Below are positions 27,349 to 39,575 of a stretch of DNA of 64,000 nucleotides, piece after piece (the first letter of the stretch is position 1; each line of letters starts with the position of its first letter). The position numbers and the translations under genes are program-made. The DNA comes from Eledone cirrhosa (Eukaryota), in the NCBI GenBank assembly GCA_964016885.1, contig OZ024762.1, positions 24,242,001-24,306,000 of the forward strand. The letters run 5' to 3'. The notes beneath the pieces are model-generated. The model saw only the letters and a program-made list of their open reading frames with translations, was not told the origin of the DNA and searched no databases.

Positions 27349-27534
27349 CAGGCATGTCCAACATGCGACCCGTGCGCTGCATGAGGCCCTTTACAAGCAC
27401 ACCAGCGGCCAGCACAGATGTATTTACAGTGTGAGCGTAATATAAAATAAAAAATATTAGTTGTAATGTGTGGCCCTCAGACAACACATATGGGACCCAT
27501 GTGGTCCTCAGAGGACCCTAGTTTGACATGCCTA
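27349..27534. mobile_element. hAT (Charlie/Buster-like) MITE
   Basis: TIR CAGGCATGTCCAAC / GTTTGACATGCCTA; 8-bp TSD ATTTAAAA/GTTTAAAG; empty site visible at 27121. Confidence 0.8.
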
Positions 27535-27619
27535 GTTTAAAGAACAATACCTTAACATCAGTATGAGTAGCCAGTTATAGCCAGTTTGAATGGAAAGAGG
27601 TGAGATAATTGTGGCCAGA

Positions 27620-27885
27620 TATATATATATCTAGGGCGGATAAAATTCCCGAGATCCATGGACGAGTTCTCTCCAGCGGTCTCTGTCCCTCATTATCGCT
27701 GCCATATCCTGCATCTCCAACAGACCAGTGTCTGTCCTTAGGGCATCAACATATGTTAACCTTGGTCTTCCTCTTCCAGTGTGTCCATGCAGAAGCTCCC
27801 ACAGGAGCACTGAGTGCAATGTCAACTCTGGATGTTGGTGAGCATGTCCAGCTAACCTCAGTCTCCTCTGTGTCACCCTCGAGCT
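27620..27885 (-). pseudogene. RTE LINE ORF2 C-terminal fragment
   Basis: RVTQRRLRLAGHAHQHPE...GRGRPRLTYVDALRTDTG...MRDRDRWRELV, the typical RTE C-terminus. Confidence 0.85.
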
Positions 27886-28217
27886 GTCTTTTGGTTTAAA
27901 TGCTAAAGAGTTAAATGTCTCTCCATTTGTTCTGCCTCTCTGTTCTCTTGGTTCAAATCCTGCCGAGGTCAACTTTACATCTTGTAATATTTGAGGTAGG
28001 GATGTGGGTCAATAACTGAAATATCAGTCTGGTGGGGAGGGGAGAGGGTGAGTAGATTGTTTAAAGTCTCTACAGTCTGTCTTGAGCCCTGGAGGCTCAT
28101 CAGGCAATTGTTTATCCAGGTTTTTATGACGTGAAGTGACTGAAAGTACATAGTACATATACTCACGTCTACTCACAGTTATTTTGTGAGTGTATTCATA
28201 TATATATATATATATAT

Positions 28218-28555
28218 GGAGGCACATGGCTTAGTGATTAGAGCATTGGCCTGCAATCGAAACGTTGTGAGTTCAATTCTCAGACTGGGTGATGTGTTGT
28301 TTCCTTGAGCAAGACACTTTATTTCACATTGCTCCAGTTTACTCAGCTGTAGAAATGAGATGATAGGGACTGGGGTCCATATCATTCCACTGCAAAGTGG
28401 TCGTGGAGGTGCCACAGCAAAAAAGCACCCAGCACTCACTGTAAATGAGGTTGGTGTTAGGAAGGGCATCCAGCTGTAGAAATCAAGCCAGAATCAGTTC
28501 CCGTCCCACCCTTGCAAGCAGGGAAAAAGCGGACGTAAAATGAAATGATGATGAT
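28218..28555 (+). mobile_element. CORE-type SINE joined to an RTE 3' UTR tail
   Basis: A and B boxes, CCTTGAGCAAGACACTTTATTTCAC, then GGTGTTAGGAAGGGCATCCAGCTGTAGAAA...(GAT)n. Confidence 0.8.
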
Positions 28556-28557
28556 AT

Positions 28558-28807
28558 ATCATCATCATCATCATCAGGTTTAGCGTCCGTGTTCCACGCT
28601 TGCATGAGTTTGGACGGGGGTTTTCCCACTTGAGGCAAGAGTGGTTGTCTTGCTCGCATAGGACTGTCTGGCGGGTTTTCTACAGTTGGATGCCCTTCCT
28701 AACACCAACCACATTTACAGTGTGGGGCTGGGAGGTTTTTACCGTGTTGCCTACACGGCCACATTACAGCGTGGACTGTCTGGCGGGTTTTCTACAGCTG
28801 GATGCCC

Positions 28808-28810
<3 letters not shown>
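28558..28810 (-). mobile_element. RTE 3' UTR fragment, tail-to-tail with the preceding element
   Basis: Reverse complement of 30388-30603. Confidence 0.9.
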
Positions 28811-28841
<31 letters not shown>

Positions 28842-28880
28842 GATATTAATAAATGGAAACTATATTTATAAAACCATATT

Positions 28881-28945
28881 TATTTCATTATATATATTTC
28901 AAGGATACCAAGTTACATTATGGTATGCCTTCATCAGACAAAATA
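28881..28945 (-). ncRNA. complete type I hammerhead ribozyme motif
   Basis: Minus strand: TATTTTGT-CTGATGA-AGGCATACCA(TAATGTAACT)TGGTATCCT-T-GAAA-TATATA-TA-ATGAAATA; 8-bp helix I (two G-U pairs), palindromic helix III, AUA triplet. Confidence 0.7.
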
Positions 28946-29024
28946 CAATATATAACAGTTCTATAAATAGACATTGACGTACCCCTTTAAAAATTGACCG
29001 TTGTTTTTGGAGGCCATCAGGATA

Positions 29025-29100
<76 letters not shown>

Positions 29101-29101
<1 letters not shown>

Positions 29102-29645
29102 ATTACACAAATATTATTAAAAATATCATAATCCAGATGAGAGGGAATAACATTTATTGCGTAACACTTCCACGTTTCATCGCCTACCTTACATATAAGT
29201 CTTGGATCACTAATATGTGATTATTTAAATCAAAGTAACTGGTATCCAACTACTTAAATAATATGTAGTTACAACAAATTTTCGACTTTCAAAATTCATT
29301 GAAACTACATATTATTTAAATAGTTGGATGTGAGTTAATTTGATTTAAATAATCACATATTAGTGATCCAAGACTTATATGTAATGCTTACAATGAAACA
29401 CGTGTCGTACGCAACAAAAGCTATTCCCACTTATCTGGATAATGGTGTTTTTAATTATATTTTTGTAAATTTCTATATAGACTCCGTAAATTGTTACACT
29501 TGGAACCCATATAACTAGTACAGGATTTACCAATTGGAATAATTTGTACATTGAGTAAAACACTACTGTAAGTAGTCTTTGAATCTTGTTGAACAATCAA
29601 ATTAGTTGATTATACTAACGGAATCTGAATAATACTATAATTCTA
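29101..29645. mobile_element. microsatellite-flanked imperfect foldback element with right-hand tail
   Basis: Inner arms 29189-29234 and 29339-29384 are complementary and the outer arms are diverged; GAAA-CACGTG-TC at 29395. Confidence 0.7.
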
Positions 29646-29685
29646 TGTATATATATATATATAAATATATGTGTGTATATATATA

Positions 29686-29858
<173 letters not shown>

Positions 29859-29911
29859 ATGTGTATATATATATGTGTATATATATATATATATGTGTAT
29901 ATATATATGTG

Positions 29912-29974
<63 letters not shown>

Positions 29975-29989
29975 GTATATATATATATG

Positions 29990-30023
<34 letters not shown>

Positions 30024-30024
30024 T

Positions 30025-30603
30025 CGAGAGAAGGCTACGTTGGTATGGACACGTGATGCGCATGAAAGTCGATAGCTGTATAACAAAGTGCAGGGCAATA
30101 AAGATAGACGGAATAGGCAGACCTAGAAAAACCTGGGACGAGCTGATAAACTCCGACCTCACACACTTACACCTCTCCAAGACAATGTCACTGGACCGAG
30201 ACCTTTGGCGGTACTCAGTAACAGAGAAGACCCGCCTTGCCAGTAGGTATCTCTAACAAAATACACCCCGTCCCACCACCCCCACCCCATCCACATCACC
30301 CCATTCTATGTAAAGTTATGTTGGTGCCGCGCCATCCAGGCCGAAACAAATGAGATCGTGTAGGTGTCACGACAAAAAAACACACAGTCCACGCTGTAAT
30401 GTGGCCGTGTAGGCAACACGGTAAAAACCTCCCAGACCCACACTGTAAATGTGGTTGGTGTTAGGAAGGGCATCCAACTGTAGAAAACCTGCCAGACAGT
30501 CCTATGCGAGCAAGACAATCACTCTTGCCTCAAGTGGGACTACCCCCGTCCAAACCCATGCAAGCGTGGAACACGGACGTTAAACGTTGATGATGATGAT
30601 GAT
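30025..30603 (+). pseudogene. 5'-truncated RTE LINE (ORF2 C-terminus plus 3' UTR)
   Basis: [13 protein letters not shown]...[15 protein letters not shown]...DRDLWR; stop at 30256; UTR ends in (GAT)n; embedded in (TA)n. Confidence 0.9.
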
Positions 30604-30658
30604 GTATATATATATGTATGTATATATATATGTATGTATATATATATGTATGTATATA

Positions 30659-30701
<43 letters not shown>

Positions 30702-30710
30702 GTATAAATG

Positions 30711-30757
<47 letters not shown>

Positions 30758-30802
30758 GTATATATATATATGTATATATATATATATGTATATGTATATA
30801 TG

Positions 30803-30857
<55 letters not shown>

Positions 30858-30860
30858 GTG

Positions 30861-30950
<90 letters not shown>

Positions 30951-31339
30951 TATCAAAATTATGTGTACAAACTAATCAAGGAGGAAAGATAGGAGATTAG
31001 TTGTGAGAATTATAAGGCAGTAATGAAGGGGACAGTGTGCTCAACGTGTATAAATGCAAGACAAGCTTTTTACATTTAATGTAGTCCCTATCTTTGGTGA
31101 CTACATTTAATGTAGTCCCTATCTTTAGTGACATGTATTTTTGAATTTTATATTTACTTTCTCATGGGTTCTGAAAATAAGATCGTATTTTTGTTCAGTT
31201 ATATTATCATTTGCTCTTATTGATTATATAATCGATAATTTTCATTTGTATGAGCTGAATTCTGATATGATCTCTGAAACAATTGTAAGCCATTAAATAT
31301 AATTGTTCCAGAATTTGGTATTGTTTTCTCTAACATTTA

Positions 31340-31390
<51 letters not shown>

Positions 31391-31397
31391 CCTCTCC

Positions 31398-31457
<60 letters not shown>

Positions 31458-31988
31458 GATATGTGTATATATGGCCATTCATTGTTCTAAATTGTTAATA
31501 TTTATGTCCAGAAATATGAAAACCAAAAGTATGGAGAAGATAGATTTTTTATTAAACTGTAACTGTTGTGCTACATAGTTTCTCTCTGTATATATCTATC
31601 ACTGGTTGTATGTATATGTGTGTTTGAGTGTGTATACATGCACCCACACATATCATATATATATATCCACTTCCCCCTTTGTGTATGTGTTTATGTAGCA
31701 ATGAATGTGTGTGTCTGTACACCCACATACATATATCCACTTCCACTTTGTGCGTGTGTCTTTAAAATCTAAGTGTTTCCTCTTCTGAAGTTTCTTGAAT
31801 TACTTGAAAATATTTCCAAATCTGGCACTTCCTTCAAGTCTGTGAGAAACAAAAAAAAACGTTTCTATCTTAAACCAGTGCTGTCACAGCTTCTGTCACT
31901 GTTGTTGTTGTTGTTATAGTCGCTGTTGTTATTGCTGATGTTACTGTTACTGTTATGCTACTGCTGTTGGTACCACAGCTTCTCTGTC

Positions 31989-32034
<46 letters not shown>

Positions 32035-32371
32035 CACAGACATTCATACATATATATATTTATTTATATATATATATATGTGTATATACACATATATATA
32101 TATACACATTCATATATATATTTATTTATTTATATATATAAATATATATATATATACACATACATATATATATATATTTATTTATTTATATATATAAATA
32201 TATATATATACACATACATATATATATATATTTATTTATTTATATATATAAATATATATAAATATATATATATACACATACATATATATATATATTTATT
32301 TATTTACATATATAAATATATATATATACACATACATATATATATATATTTATTTATATATATATATATAT

Positions 32372-32588
32372 AAAAGAATAGAGGTGTAACACACGAGTTA
32401 TGATATATTGGTAAAAGGAAAAGAAAATGCTGACAAATTGTTCCCAGTGAAAAATAGTTTAATTAGAAATAAGTAAAAATTAGTAATAAGTATTGGTTAG
32501 TATTCAGTTTTGGTTTTAAGTTTTCTAATTAAACTATTTTTCACTGGGAACAATTTGTCAGCATTTTCTTTTCCTTTTACCAATATAT
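32372..32588. mobile_element. (TA)n-embedded foldback element
   Basis: Perfect 67-bp arms 32403-32469 and 32522-32588, 52-bp spacer, ~30-bp left tail. Confidence 0.75.
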
Positions 32589-32903
32589 ATATATACACAC
32601 ACACACACATACATACATACAAATATATATATATATATATATTTATTTATAGTAATAATAATAAATTTGAAGACTAAAATCAAAAGATTATCATATTCGT
32701 TTTTTCCCGCTCTTTGCCAGGGAACGTTGCCACGAACCAAAGTATCGTCTTCCTGTCTTCCTCCGGTTGCAATGTTTTTTGAAATATTCACTTCTGCGTT
32801 CACAGATTGACTTTGTTAGTTTCAGAAGATCCCGTTAAGGGTGAAAGCAGCGATTCTTTGCTTAAACTTTAATCTGTTATTTTAATAAATATATATATTT
32901 ATT

Positions 32904-32933
<30 letters not shown>

Positions 32934-32937
<4 letters not shown>

Positions 32938-33705
32938 GAGGCATTAAATTAATTGACCAGGTTATGAAGGTCACAGAAAAAGTAATAGCACAACTAATCA
33001 GAGAGCGAATTGATCTAGATGAAATGCAATTTGGGTTTGTGTCAGGTAAAAGTACCACAGACGCTCTTTTCCTTGTACGACAACTACAGGAGAAGTACCT
33101 AGCTAAAAGTAAACCCCTATACTTAGCTTTTGTTGACTTGGAGAAAGCCTTTGACAGAGTCCCCCCGCTCCATTATCTGGTGGGCTCTTAGAAAACTAGG
33201 TGTAGATGAATGGCTCATGAGAGCTATACAAGCCATGCATAAAGAAACAGTCAGCAAGGTTAGAATTAACAACGAATATAGTGAAGAATTTAGCGTAAAA
33301 GTCGGTGTTCATCAAGGTTTTGTCCTTAGCCCCCTCCTATTTATTATTGCCCTTCAGGCTATAACAGAGGAGTTCAAGACCAGCTGCTCATGGGAACTTC
33401 TATACACAGATGATCTAACGCTCATAGCTGAATCTATGGCTGAACTAGAGTAGAAATTCCAAACTTGGAAGCATGGCCTAGAATCAAAAGACCTTAAAGT
33501 TAACTTGTCTAAGACTAAAGTTCTAGTTTGTAGGAAGGAAAATAGGTCACTGGTCCCCTCTGGGAAATGGGCATGCTCAGTGTGTAGGAAAGGAGTAGTC
33601 AGAAACGGAATTTTATGTCCCAAATGCAAAGTATGGATGCATAAAAGATGTAGTGGGATCACATGTAAGCTAACTAAGAACGTAGATTTTATATGTGACC
33701 GGTGC
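32934..33705 (+). pseudogene. RTE-clade LINE reverse transcriptase fragment with PHD-like zinc finger
   Basis: YRGIKL, QFGF..GKSTTDA, FVDLEKAFDRVP, GVHQG.VLSPLLF and YTDDL motifs; frameshift near 33165, stop at 33451; followed by CxxC...CxxCxxWxHxxC...CxxC. Confidence 0.92.
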
Positions 33706-35420
33706 CACTTTACGCTTGCCTGTAAGGCTTTTGGTCTAACAATCATCATCAAGAAGACTGAAGTGGTACATGAACCAAAACCATCCCCCAGGCATGTAGG
33801 AGGCATTAAACGGTGTGGCCAGATGAAGGGCATTCTCTGGCATCCATCACTATTGATGGCAAGGATCTGAAGTATGATTGCTCCTTTACTTACCTTGGCA
33901 GCAAGGTGAACCTCTGCATCCCTGGATGATGAGATTGTTAATCGCATCTCCAAGGCAACTGATGTTTTTAGAAAGCTACATCACTACATCCAATGTCGAA
34001 CTGTTCGCAAGGTGCAACATTGGTGGGCTTGAGTCATTTCTGACGCAGTCCCAACTCAGAGGGGCTGGTCATATCCTACAGATGTCCCAGGACAGCACAC
34101 ATAAGGTGTTGTTGTGATTTCTGATGCAATCCTAACTCAGAGGGGCTGGTCATGTCCTACAGATGTCCTAGGGCAGAACCCCTAAGGTACGTGATTTCTG
34201 ATGCAGTCCCAACTCAGATGGTCTGCTCATATCGTACAGATGTCTGGGGACTGTTGTACACCTAAGGTACAGTTGTACACCTAAGGTACAGTTGTACACC
34301 TAAGGTACAGTTGTACACCTAAGGTACAGGTGTACACCTAAGGTACAGTTGTACACCTAAGGTACAGTTGTACACCTAAGGTACAGGTGTACACCTAAGG
34401 TACAGGTGTACACCTAAGGTACAGTTGTACACCTAAGGTACAGTTGTACACGTAAGGTAGAGTTGTACACCTAAGGTACAGGTGTACACCTAAGGTACAG
34501 TTGTACACCTAAGGTACAGTTGTACACCTAAGGTACAGGTGTACACCTAAGGTACAGTTGTACACCTAAGGTAGAGGTGTACACCTAAGGTACAGGTGTA
34601 CACCTAAGGTACAGTTGTACACCTAAGGTACAGGTGTACACCTAAGGTACAGGTGTACACCTAAGGTACAGTTGTACACCTAAGGTACAGGTGTACACCT
34701 AAGGTACAGGTGTACACCTAAGGTACAGTTGTACACCTAAGGTACAGGTGTACACCTAAGGTACAGTTGTACACCTAAGGTACAGGTGTACACCTAAGGT
34801 ACAGGTGTACACCTAAGGTACAGTTGTACACCTAAGGTACAGGTGTACACCTAAGGTACAGGTGTACACCTAAGGTACAGTTGTACACCTAAGGTACAGG
34901 TGTACACCTAAGGTACAGGTGTACACCTAAGGTACAGGTGTACACCTAAGGTACAGTTGTACACCTAAGGTACAGGTGTACACCTAAGGTAGAGGTGTAC
35001 ACCTAAGATACAGTTGTACACCTAAGATACAGTTGTACACGTAAGGTACAGTTGTACACGTAAGGTACAGTTGTACACGTAAGGTAGAGTTGTACACCTA
35101 AGGTACAGTTGTACACCTAAGGTACAGGTGTACACCTAAGGTACAGGTGTACACGTACGGTACAGTTGTACACGTAAGGTAGAGTTGTACACCTAAGGTA
35201 GAGTTGTACACCTAAGGTACAGGTGTACACCTAAGGTACAGGTGTACACCTAAGGTACAGTTGTACACCTAAGGTACAGTTGTACAGTCAGCTGCAGGAT
35301 TATGCACTTAGGGGGGGCAGACCACCACTATAATATAAGGACAAACTGAAGTACAATCTTAAGTCTGTCAATTTAGCTCTTTCTTCGGTTGAAACCATGA
35401 CTACCAACCTTAAGATTTGG
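33706..35420 (+). pseudogene. second, BovB-like RTE ORF2 fragment split by a minisatellite
   Basis: ACKAFGLTIIIKKTEV; YLG...LDDEIVNRISKA; QSQLRGAGHILQM (three copies); resumes after 35286 as LYSQL...GGRP..YKDKLKYNLK. Confidence 0.8.
34255..35286. repeat. 19-bp quasi-palindromic minisatellite
   Basis: Unit TGTACACCTAAGGTACAG(T/G), about 54 copies. Confidence 0.95.
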
Positions 35421-36365
35421 AGTCGAGCATCTTAACCACTTCACCACCTATAAAGGTATGGAATGGTATGGAATGGTTAAAAAAATACAAATAAAAACCA
35501 ATTAGTTAAAAAATATACAAACCTATTTTCTTTTGATGAAGTCTAGATTAATTTCTAATTAACTGTTTAATTAAAAATGTATGTGTGTATGTGTAACACC
35601 AAGTATGTGTGTGTGTGTATAACTGAGTATGGGTGTGTGTGTAATACTGTGTATGTTTATGTCTGCTTGTCTTTATGTGTGTATCTCTATATGTGTATGT
35701 GTGTAAGACCGAGTATGTGTGTGTCTCTGTGTGTGTAACTCAGTATATATGTGCCTTTATGTATGCGTCTGTATGTCTGTGTGTGTGTTCGTGTACCTGC
35801 GTGCACCTGTATGTGTGTGTTTGTCTGTGTTTTGTGTACCTGTGTGTAACTTTGTCTGTTTGTCCCTATGTAAATGTGTGTGTATATGGCTGTTTGCCCT
35901 TATGTATATGTGTGTATATATATCTATGAATGTGTGTGTATGTATATATGAGTATATATGAATGTGTATATGTATATATACGAATGTGTGCGTGTATATA
36001 TGAATGTGTATATGTATATATGAGTATATATGAATGTGTGTGTATATGTATGTATCCATCTCTGTATTTGAATGTTAACTCTATTAAATCTATACTAGAC
36101 TTTTCATGGTGATATCTAAATAGATATAATCCCTTTCAATACCAAGCTCCCTAAATCTAACCCTGATTCTATCACATGGAAGACCACCTTTGGTCATGAG
36201 TGACCATGGGCTTTGCACCTAGAAAGTTTCCCTCTGAGGCACAAGTCCAGGGAAGATTTGTGGGAGACCAGCAGTCACCCTTGTATACCAGTCTCCCCTC
36301 TTCATGATGTTGTCCAAGGAAAGGTTAAGGTTGCTACAGCTTGGCACCAGTGACGTCACAACTCA

Positions 36366-37237
36366 TATATACACTATATATACACAATATATACTATATA
36401 TACATGATGTACTTTATATATACACTATGTATAGTATATATACACAATATATACTATATAAACATTATGTACAGTATATATACACTATATATACATTATG
36501 TATAGTATATATACACAATATATACTATATAAACATTATGTACAGTATATATACACTATATATACACAATATATACTATATATACATTATGTACAGTATA
36601 TATACTATATATATATTATATACAGTATGTATACACTATTTATACTATATATACATCATGTACAGTATATATACACTATATATACTATATATACATTATG
36701 TACAGTATATATACTATATATATATTATATACAGTATATATACACAATATATACTATATATACATTATGTACAGTATATATACATTATGTACAGTATATA
36801 TACACTATATGTACTATATATACATTATGTACAGTATGTATACACTATATATACTATATATACATTATGTACAGTATATATACACTATATGTACTATATA
36901 TACATTATGTACAGTATATATACACTATATATACATTATGTACAGTATGTATATACACAATATATACTATATATACATTATGTACAGTATGTATACACTA
37001 TATATACTATATATACATTATGTACAGTATATATACACTATATGTACTATATATACATTATGTACAGTATATATACACTATATATACATTATGTACAGTA
37101 TGTATATACACAATATATACTATATATACATTATGTACAGTATATATACACTATATGTACTATATGTACATTATGTACAGTATGTATACACTATATATAC
37201 TATATATACATTATGTACAGTATGTATATACACTATA
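36366..37237. repeat. AT-rich minisatellite (TATATACATTATGTACAGTATATATACACTA)
   Basis: Direct reading; continues at 38071 after the Helitron. Confidence 0.9.
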
Positions 37238-38070
37238 TCTATATATATAAAACTGTGGTTGTCTGTCTGTCTATCGATTTTTGGCACACATCTCCTCTTA
37301 GAATCTCTCACGGAATTGCACCGAAATTGCTATACTTGTACATTGAGCCCTAGCGAAGACATCGGAAAAAAAATATTTCAAATTGACCCACCCTATGTGA
37401 CGAAATCGAATATAATGTATCGATTTTTGAGCGTAAGTTATCAGTTATTTCCCTTTGTTCTGTTTACATTGAGCGTCTTACGTAAAAAATTACGCTGGCT
37501 TTCTCAGCGTTTAAAATGACATTAACACAATACACGAACAGTTGTCGAGCCAGCAAAATATTGACCTGCAAAATTCATCAGTTCGAACACTAAGCTTCCG
37601 TTTTGCTTCATTTCCATTTAAAAGCATTTTAAAACAATATTTTTACTTGAAAACAAGTCTATTTAAAGACTACGTAAAACAAGCAAATATTTCGTCGTTA
37701 GGCGTGCAGACAGACAGTCGTGCAGACAGACAGTCGTGCAGAGAGGTGATATACGCGTGCAGAGAGGTGATATAGGCGTGCAGACAGACAGTCGTGCAGA
37801 GAGGTGCAGTGTTTACATTTTCGATCTTTGTTAATAAATAAACAGTGCAGTTTCTATCCCCAGCATCCTCTTTTGTTATAACATTCGGGTTATCGTTATG
37901 TTTTCTTAACTTCATAAGGCATATTGTTGGTTGAGGGAATATTAATCAAAAACACCACATGCAAGTCTGCACAGTAGACACTACAGTTTTTAAGCCAAGA
38001 AAGAAACTTAACATTGTAACTTTAACACAGCTACTGAGCGACCCCGAGCAACGCCGGGCTTTACTGCTAG
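37238..38070 (+). mobile_element. non-autonomous Helitron (833 bp)
   Basis: A|TCTATATATATAAAA start, subterminal (GTCT)n, 3' hairpin CCCGAGCAACGCCGGG, CTAG|T end, no TSD; removing it restores the satellite unit. Confidence 0.9.
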
Positions 38071-38308
38071 TATACTATATATACATTATGTACAGTATGT
38101 ATACACTATATATACACACTATCACAGTATATATACACTATATACTGTGATAGTATATATATTACAGTTTATATACACTATATATACATTATATACACAC
38201 AATTACACAATCTATAAACATTGTATACACACTATTACACTATATATACACTATATAAGATGTCCAAGGGAAAGGCTAGGACTGATACAGCTTGGCACCA
38301 GTGACATC

Positions 38309-38373
<65 letters not shown>

Positions 38374-38510
38374 TATAGATTTACTATATATACACTACAT
38401 ACACCTTATATACACTATATTTAGACTATATATATACACACTAAACTACATATGATGTTTCCAAGGGAAAGAGAAAGGCCAAAACAGCTTGACACCAGCG
38501 ACGTCACAAC

Positions 38511-39575
38511 TTACTCTATATATACACCCTCTATACAATACATATACACCCTCTACTCTATATATACACCCTCTATACAATACATATACACCCTCTACTC
38601 TATATATACACCCTCTATACAATACATATACACCCTATACTCTATATATACACCCTCTATACAATACATATACACCCTATACTCTATATATACACCCTCT
38701 ATACAATACATATACACCCTATACTCTATATATACACCCTCTATACAATACATATACACCCTCTATACTCTATATATACTCTCTATACTCTCTATATACA
38801 CTCTATACTCTATATATACACCCTCTATACAATACATATACACTCTATACTCTATATATACACCCTCTATACAATACATATACACTCTATACTCTATATA
38901 TACACCCTCTATACAATATATATACACTCTATACTCTATATATACACCCTCTATACAATATATATACACTCTATACTCTATATATACACCCTCTATACAA
39001 TCTATACTCTATATATACTCTCTATACTCTCCATATACAATCTATACTCTATATATACTCTATATATACAATCTATACTCTATATATACTCTCTGTATAC
39101 AATCTATACTCTATATATACAATCTATACTCTATATATACACTCTATACTCTCCATATACAATCTATACTCTATATATACTCTCTATATACAATCTATAC
39201 TCTATATATACTCTCTATATACAATATATACTCTATATATACTCTATATACAACATATACTCTATATATACTCTCTATACTCTCTATATACAATCTATAC
39301 TCTATATATACTCTATATATACAATCTATACTCTATATATGCTCTATATATACAATCTATACTCTATATACTCTATATATACAATCTATACTCTATATAT
39401 ACACTCTATACTCTCTATACTCTATATATACTCTCTATACTCTCTATACTCTATATATACTCTCTATACTCTCTATACTCTATATATACTCTATATATAC
39501 ACTCTATACTCTATATATACAATCTATACTCTATATACTCTATATATACTCTCTATACTCTATATATACTATATA
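38511..39575. repeat. TATACTC/TATACAATC low-complexity satellite
   Basis: ~37-bp unit decaying rightwards into shorter units. Confidence 0.9.

Larger units (their letters stand above)
27235..27910 (+). mobile_element. piggyBac-type MITE containing a hAT MITE and an RTE fragment
   Basis: TTAA|CCCTTTAGCATTT ... AAATGCTAAAGAG|TTAA; shares its left TTAA with the previous copy. Confidence 0.85.

Noticed and set aside
27975-28166. Host exon suggested by 63-67-aa ORFs
   Set aside because: The LDKQLPDEP motif suggests a decayed LINE ORF2 end; no convincing exon structure.
28218-28290. tRNA gene candidates (also at 40-111, 47770-47842, 59378-59450)
   Set aside because: A and B boxes are present but no complete cloverleaf forms, and they run into SINE central domains.
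32964-34117. Active reverse transcriptase gene
   Set aside because: Frameshift, in-frame stop, missing endonuclease domain and chimeric structure.
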